Assembly (NCBI GenBank): GCA_937951135.1
Contig: CALFCI010000017.1
Location: 7,378-71,377 of the forward strand
DNA length: 64,000 bases
Direction: 5' to 3'
Source of the DNA: an uncultured Aquimarina sp.
Lineage (GTDB): Bacteria; Bacteroidota; Bacteroidia; Flavobacteriales; Flavobacteriaceae
Shown here: in pieces, positions 61,288 through 64,000 of the stretch
How positions within the stretch are numbered: the stretch's first letter is position 1
How the letters are laid out: every line of letters starts with the position of its first letter
Program-made: the position numbers and the translations under genes
The notes under the pieces: generated by a model
What the model saw: the letters and a program-made list of their open reading frames with translations, nothing else
Told to the model about the DNA's origin: nothing
The model's database searches: none

Positions 61288-62349
61288 TTGAAAAAAGATA
61301 TTCTCATTATTGGTGCTGGATTAACTGGACTAACGCTGGCGCATCTCTTAAAAAACGAAGGATACACCGTTCGAATTTTAGAAGCTCGGAATCGCATTGG
61401 AGGTCGAATACATACCTTGTACTCTGAACAAGATACTCCTATTGAAATGGGAGCTACATGGCTGAGTCATCAACATTCAGAACTGCTTCATCTATTAGAG
61501 ACATTACACCTTCCGATTTTTGAACAATTTATGGAAGGCAGTACGTTCTTTCAACCGCTATCTACTGCACCACCTCAACAAATTCACGTCCCTGTTCAAG
61601 AACAACCTAGTTATAGAATACAAGGGGGCACTCAATCCCTTATTGATGCACTAGTTACAGAACTACCCACCGATACTCTTATCCTTAACGAGGCTGTGCA
61701 TACCATACAACATGATAAGGATCGCTATACTGTAAATACTACCCACAATCAATACCATACGGATTATATCATTACAACCTTACCTCCTGCACTGCTATTA
61801 AACAGCATTCAATTCACTCCCAATCTTCCTGAAGAGGTATACACCATTGCTGCAAAAACACATACTTGGATGGGACAATCCATAAAGTTTGGTGTCGGTT
61901 ATGATCGCCCTTTTTGGAAAGAAAAGAAATATTCTGGAGCTGCATTTAGCAATTCGGGACCTATAACAGAAGTTTATGACCATACCAATCATAAACATAC
62001 CAAATTTGCACTCAAAGGCTTTTTAACAGGCATGATGGCTACCGATACTAAAAGCAGTAGAGAAGCCAAAGTTATTGCTCAATTAGAACAATTCTTTGGC
62101 ACAGAAGCAAAAACTTATCTCACTTACGAAGAAACCATTTGGAACACCGAACGTTATACCATTGATGCTGTACAACAATTAGTGCCACATCAAAACAATG
62201 GCCATCCAGTGTATCAAAATCTTTATTTTAACAACACTTTATATATTGCAGGAAGTGAAACCTCTCCCCAATTTAGCGGGTATATGGAAGGAGCAATACG
62301 GAGTGCTTTAGCTGTATATCAAAAAATTAAATACCCGCATACTCCATAA
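61288..62349 (+). CDS. Flavin-containing monoamine oxidase family protein
   Basis: GAGLTG, EARNRIGGR, EMGATW, AGSET, GYMEGA. Confidence 0.9.
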   Translation: MKKDILIIGAGLTGLTLAHLLKNEGYTVRILEARNRIGGRIHTLYSEQDTPIEMGATWLSHQHSELLHLLETLHLPIFEQFMEGSTFFQPLSTAPPQQIHVPVQEQPSYRIQGGTQSLIDALVTELPTDTLILNEAVHTIQHDKDRYTVNTTHNQYHTDYIITTLPPALLLNSIQFTPNLPEEVYTIAAKTHTWMGQSIKFGVGYDRPFWKEKKYSGAAFSNSGPITEVYDHTNHKHTKFALKGFLTGMMATDTKSSREAKVIAQLEQFFGTEAKTYLTYEETIWNTERYTIDAVQQLVPHQNNGHPVYQNLYFNNTLYIAGSETSPQFSGYMEGAIRSALAVYQKIKYPHTP

Positions 62350-62363
62350 TTATTAATCAATAG

Positions 62364-64000
62364 TTACTCCAACACAAAGGGCAATATAGTACCTGCTGTA
62401 CCATTTGGAGCTACTATTCCTAATAGTGCAGCTATAGTAGGAGCAATATCCGTAATGGCTGTTTTTTGTAGCGTACTCCCTTTTTGAATCCCTTTCCCCA
62501 TAAATAATAAGGGCACATGCGTATCATAACTTAATCCACTACCATGGGTAGATCCTTTTGAAGCAGCTGTAATGGTCGATATTTCTGAATTGTATACAAT
62601 ATGTGCTGGATCTAATGCAAAAATAACATCTCCACTCCTTTTTTGATGATACCCACGTTGTAATAATGCGGCAAGTCCTTCGGTATAGGTTCCTGAAGTA
62701 AACGCACTTCGAGTATATACTTGAGCTACTTTCTTCTGTGTTAAGATAAAGCGTGCTATTATTTTTTCAACTTGTGTTGGGTCTAATTTTGCTTTCGTTA
62801 GGACTTGATCATCAAAAAACACCTGAGTATTGGAAACATTTGCAATAATCCCATCTACTTTAAACTGTTGTTTTGCATAAGCTTTTAATCGAGTTTCAAA
62901 ATCCTCTATATCAAAATATCCAGCTGGAATTTTCAATGATTTCAAATAGCTTGGCACCTGTACTGCTCCATGATCCGCAGTTAAAAATACGGTATACTCC
63001 TCTTTTCCTACTTTGGCATCTAAAACGGTAAATAATCGCGTTAAATCTGCATCTAGACGTAAATAGGTGTCCTGTATTTCTTTAGAATTCACTCCAAAAA
63101 TATGTCCTACATAATCAGTACTCGAAAAACTAAGAGTTAATACATCTGTAATTGCATCTTTTCCTAACTGCTCTCCTTCGATAGCTGCAATAGCAAAATC
63201 AGTGGTTAAACTATTTCCAAAAGCACTATGCTTAATAATATCGTAACCTTCATTTCTATTTTTTAACACTTTCAAGTCATACGGAAACATCGCGTCTTCT
63301 TTACCAACATAGCCTTCTTCAAAATTATTTTGATCTGCTCCACTTGCTGTATAGCTAGCCATTGGATGTAAAGTATTCCACACTTTAAAATAGGATTCGG
63401 CAATGGTATCTGCATTAAATTGTTGTACCCAATCCGGCAATGTTTCTTGATAAAACGTACTTGAAATCCACTTTCCCTCTTCTTTTCCTCTAAACCAATA
63501 GGCTGCGTTTGCAGTATGCCCTACAGGCAATATAGCTCCTCTATCTTTTAACGCAATACCTATACTTTTCCCTTGCATTTGTGTATGCAGCCTATTTTGA
63601 TCTGCTATGGTTGTGGTTTGCAATCGGTGTGGTGACATCCGCTCTAAAACACTCGTAGTCCCGATCGCCTGTACTGTAGTATCACTGGCACAATACACCT
63701 TTTTTTGCACTTCCTTATCATACCAATAATTTGCAATAATACCATGAGATTGTGGGGTAGTTCCTGTAAATATAGAGGCATGACCCGGCCCAGTATAGGT
63801 AGGTACATAATTAAAATGAGTATTCTTACAATTATATCCGGCTCTAATCATGCGCTTAAAACCACCTTCACCATATTGATCATAAAAACGAGTGAGGTAA
63901 TCATATCGCATTTGATCAACTACAATACCTACAACTAATTTTGGAGATTGGTGTATGATAGTAGCTTCCTTATTGGAGGTATCCAGATGTGTTGTGCATG
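62364..64000 (-). CDS. pafA: PafA alkaline phosphatase (5' end outside the window)
   Basis: Frame stays open to the window edge (...QSPKLVVGIVVDQMRYDYL); PTYTGPGHAS, DYVGH, TADH, GSTHGS. Confidence 0.92.
   Translation of the reverse strand, partial: CTTHLDTSNKEATIIHQSPKLVVGIVVDQMRYDYLTRFYDQYGEGGFKRMIRAGYNCKNTHFNYVPTYTGPGHASIFTGTTPQSHGIIANYWYDKEVQKKVYCASDTTVQAIGTTSVLERMSPHRLQTTTIADQNRLHTQMQGKSIGIALKDRGAILPVGHTANAAYWFRGKEEGKWISSTFYQETLPDWVQQFNADTIAESYFKVWNTLHPMASYTASGADQNNFEEGYVGKEDAMFPYDLKVLKNRNEGYDIIKHSAFGNSLTTDFAIAAIEGEQLGKDAITDVLTLSFSSTDYVGHIFGVNSKEIQDTYLRLDADLTRLFTVLDAKVGKEEYTVFLTADHGAVQVPSYLKSLKIPAGYFDIEDFETRLKAYAKQQFKVDGIIANVSNTQVFFDDQVLTKAKLDPTQVEKIIARFILTQKKVAQVYTRSAFTSGTYTEGLAALLQRGYHQKRSGDVIFALDPAHIVYNSEISTITAASKGSTHGSGLSYDTHVPLLFMGKGIQKGSTLQKTAITDIAPTIAALLGIVAPNGTAGTILPFVLE

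Noticed and set aside
1054-63938. Numerous 60-130 aa ORFs overlapping larger genes
   Set aside because: Shadow frames of well-supported CDSs, with no recognisable motifs

Overview
AT-rich chromosomal window from a marine-type Flavobacteriaceae (Bacteroidota), judged from gene content and TAnnTTTG-type promoters. Bases 1-11.5 kb hold a purine nucleotide/nucleoside catabolism cluster (allB, xdhBA, guaD, PafA-type phosphatase, nucleoside permease, nucleoside hydrolase, rbsK, divergent LacI regulator with two matching operators), bounded by IS1182 and IS982 remnants. The rest is mostly core genome (ABC-F, fabH-like, htpG, clpS, prmA, tpiA, folP, cdaA, tRNA-Val, folC, tonB-exbD-exbB, nhaB, obgE, hpt-adk fusion, purKE, M3 peptidase, second pafA). 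The most unusual signals are non-coding. (i) A cluster of four predicted small-RNA genes lies between purE and the M3 peptidase; three form a ~370-bp tandem triplication, each with its own promoter, 20-bp-phased upstream boxes, hairpin and terminator. (ii) A further ECF-promoter-driven sRNA candidate at 20.5 kb shares a UUGGUUA loop with the fourth. (iii) Modular heptamer-repeat cassettes fill many intergenic regions. (iv) There are nine copies of a ~100-bp three-hairpin element, other MITE-like elements and an attC-like site next to a two-gene cassette. All calls come from reading the sequence; no searches or folding programs were run.
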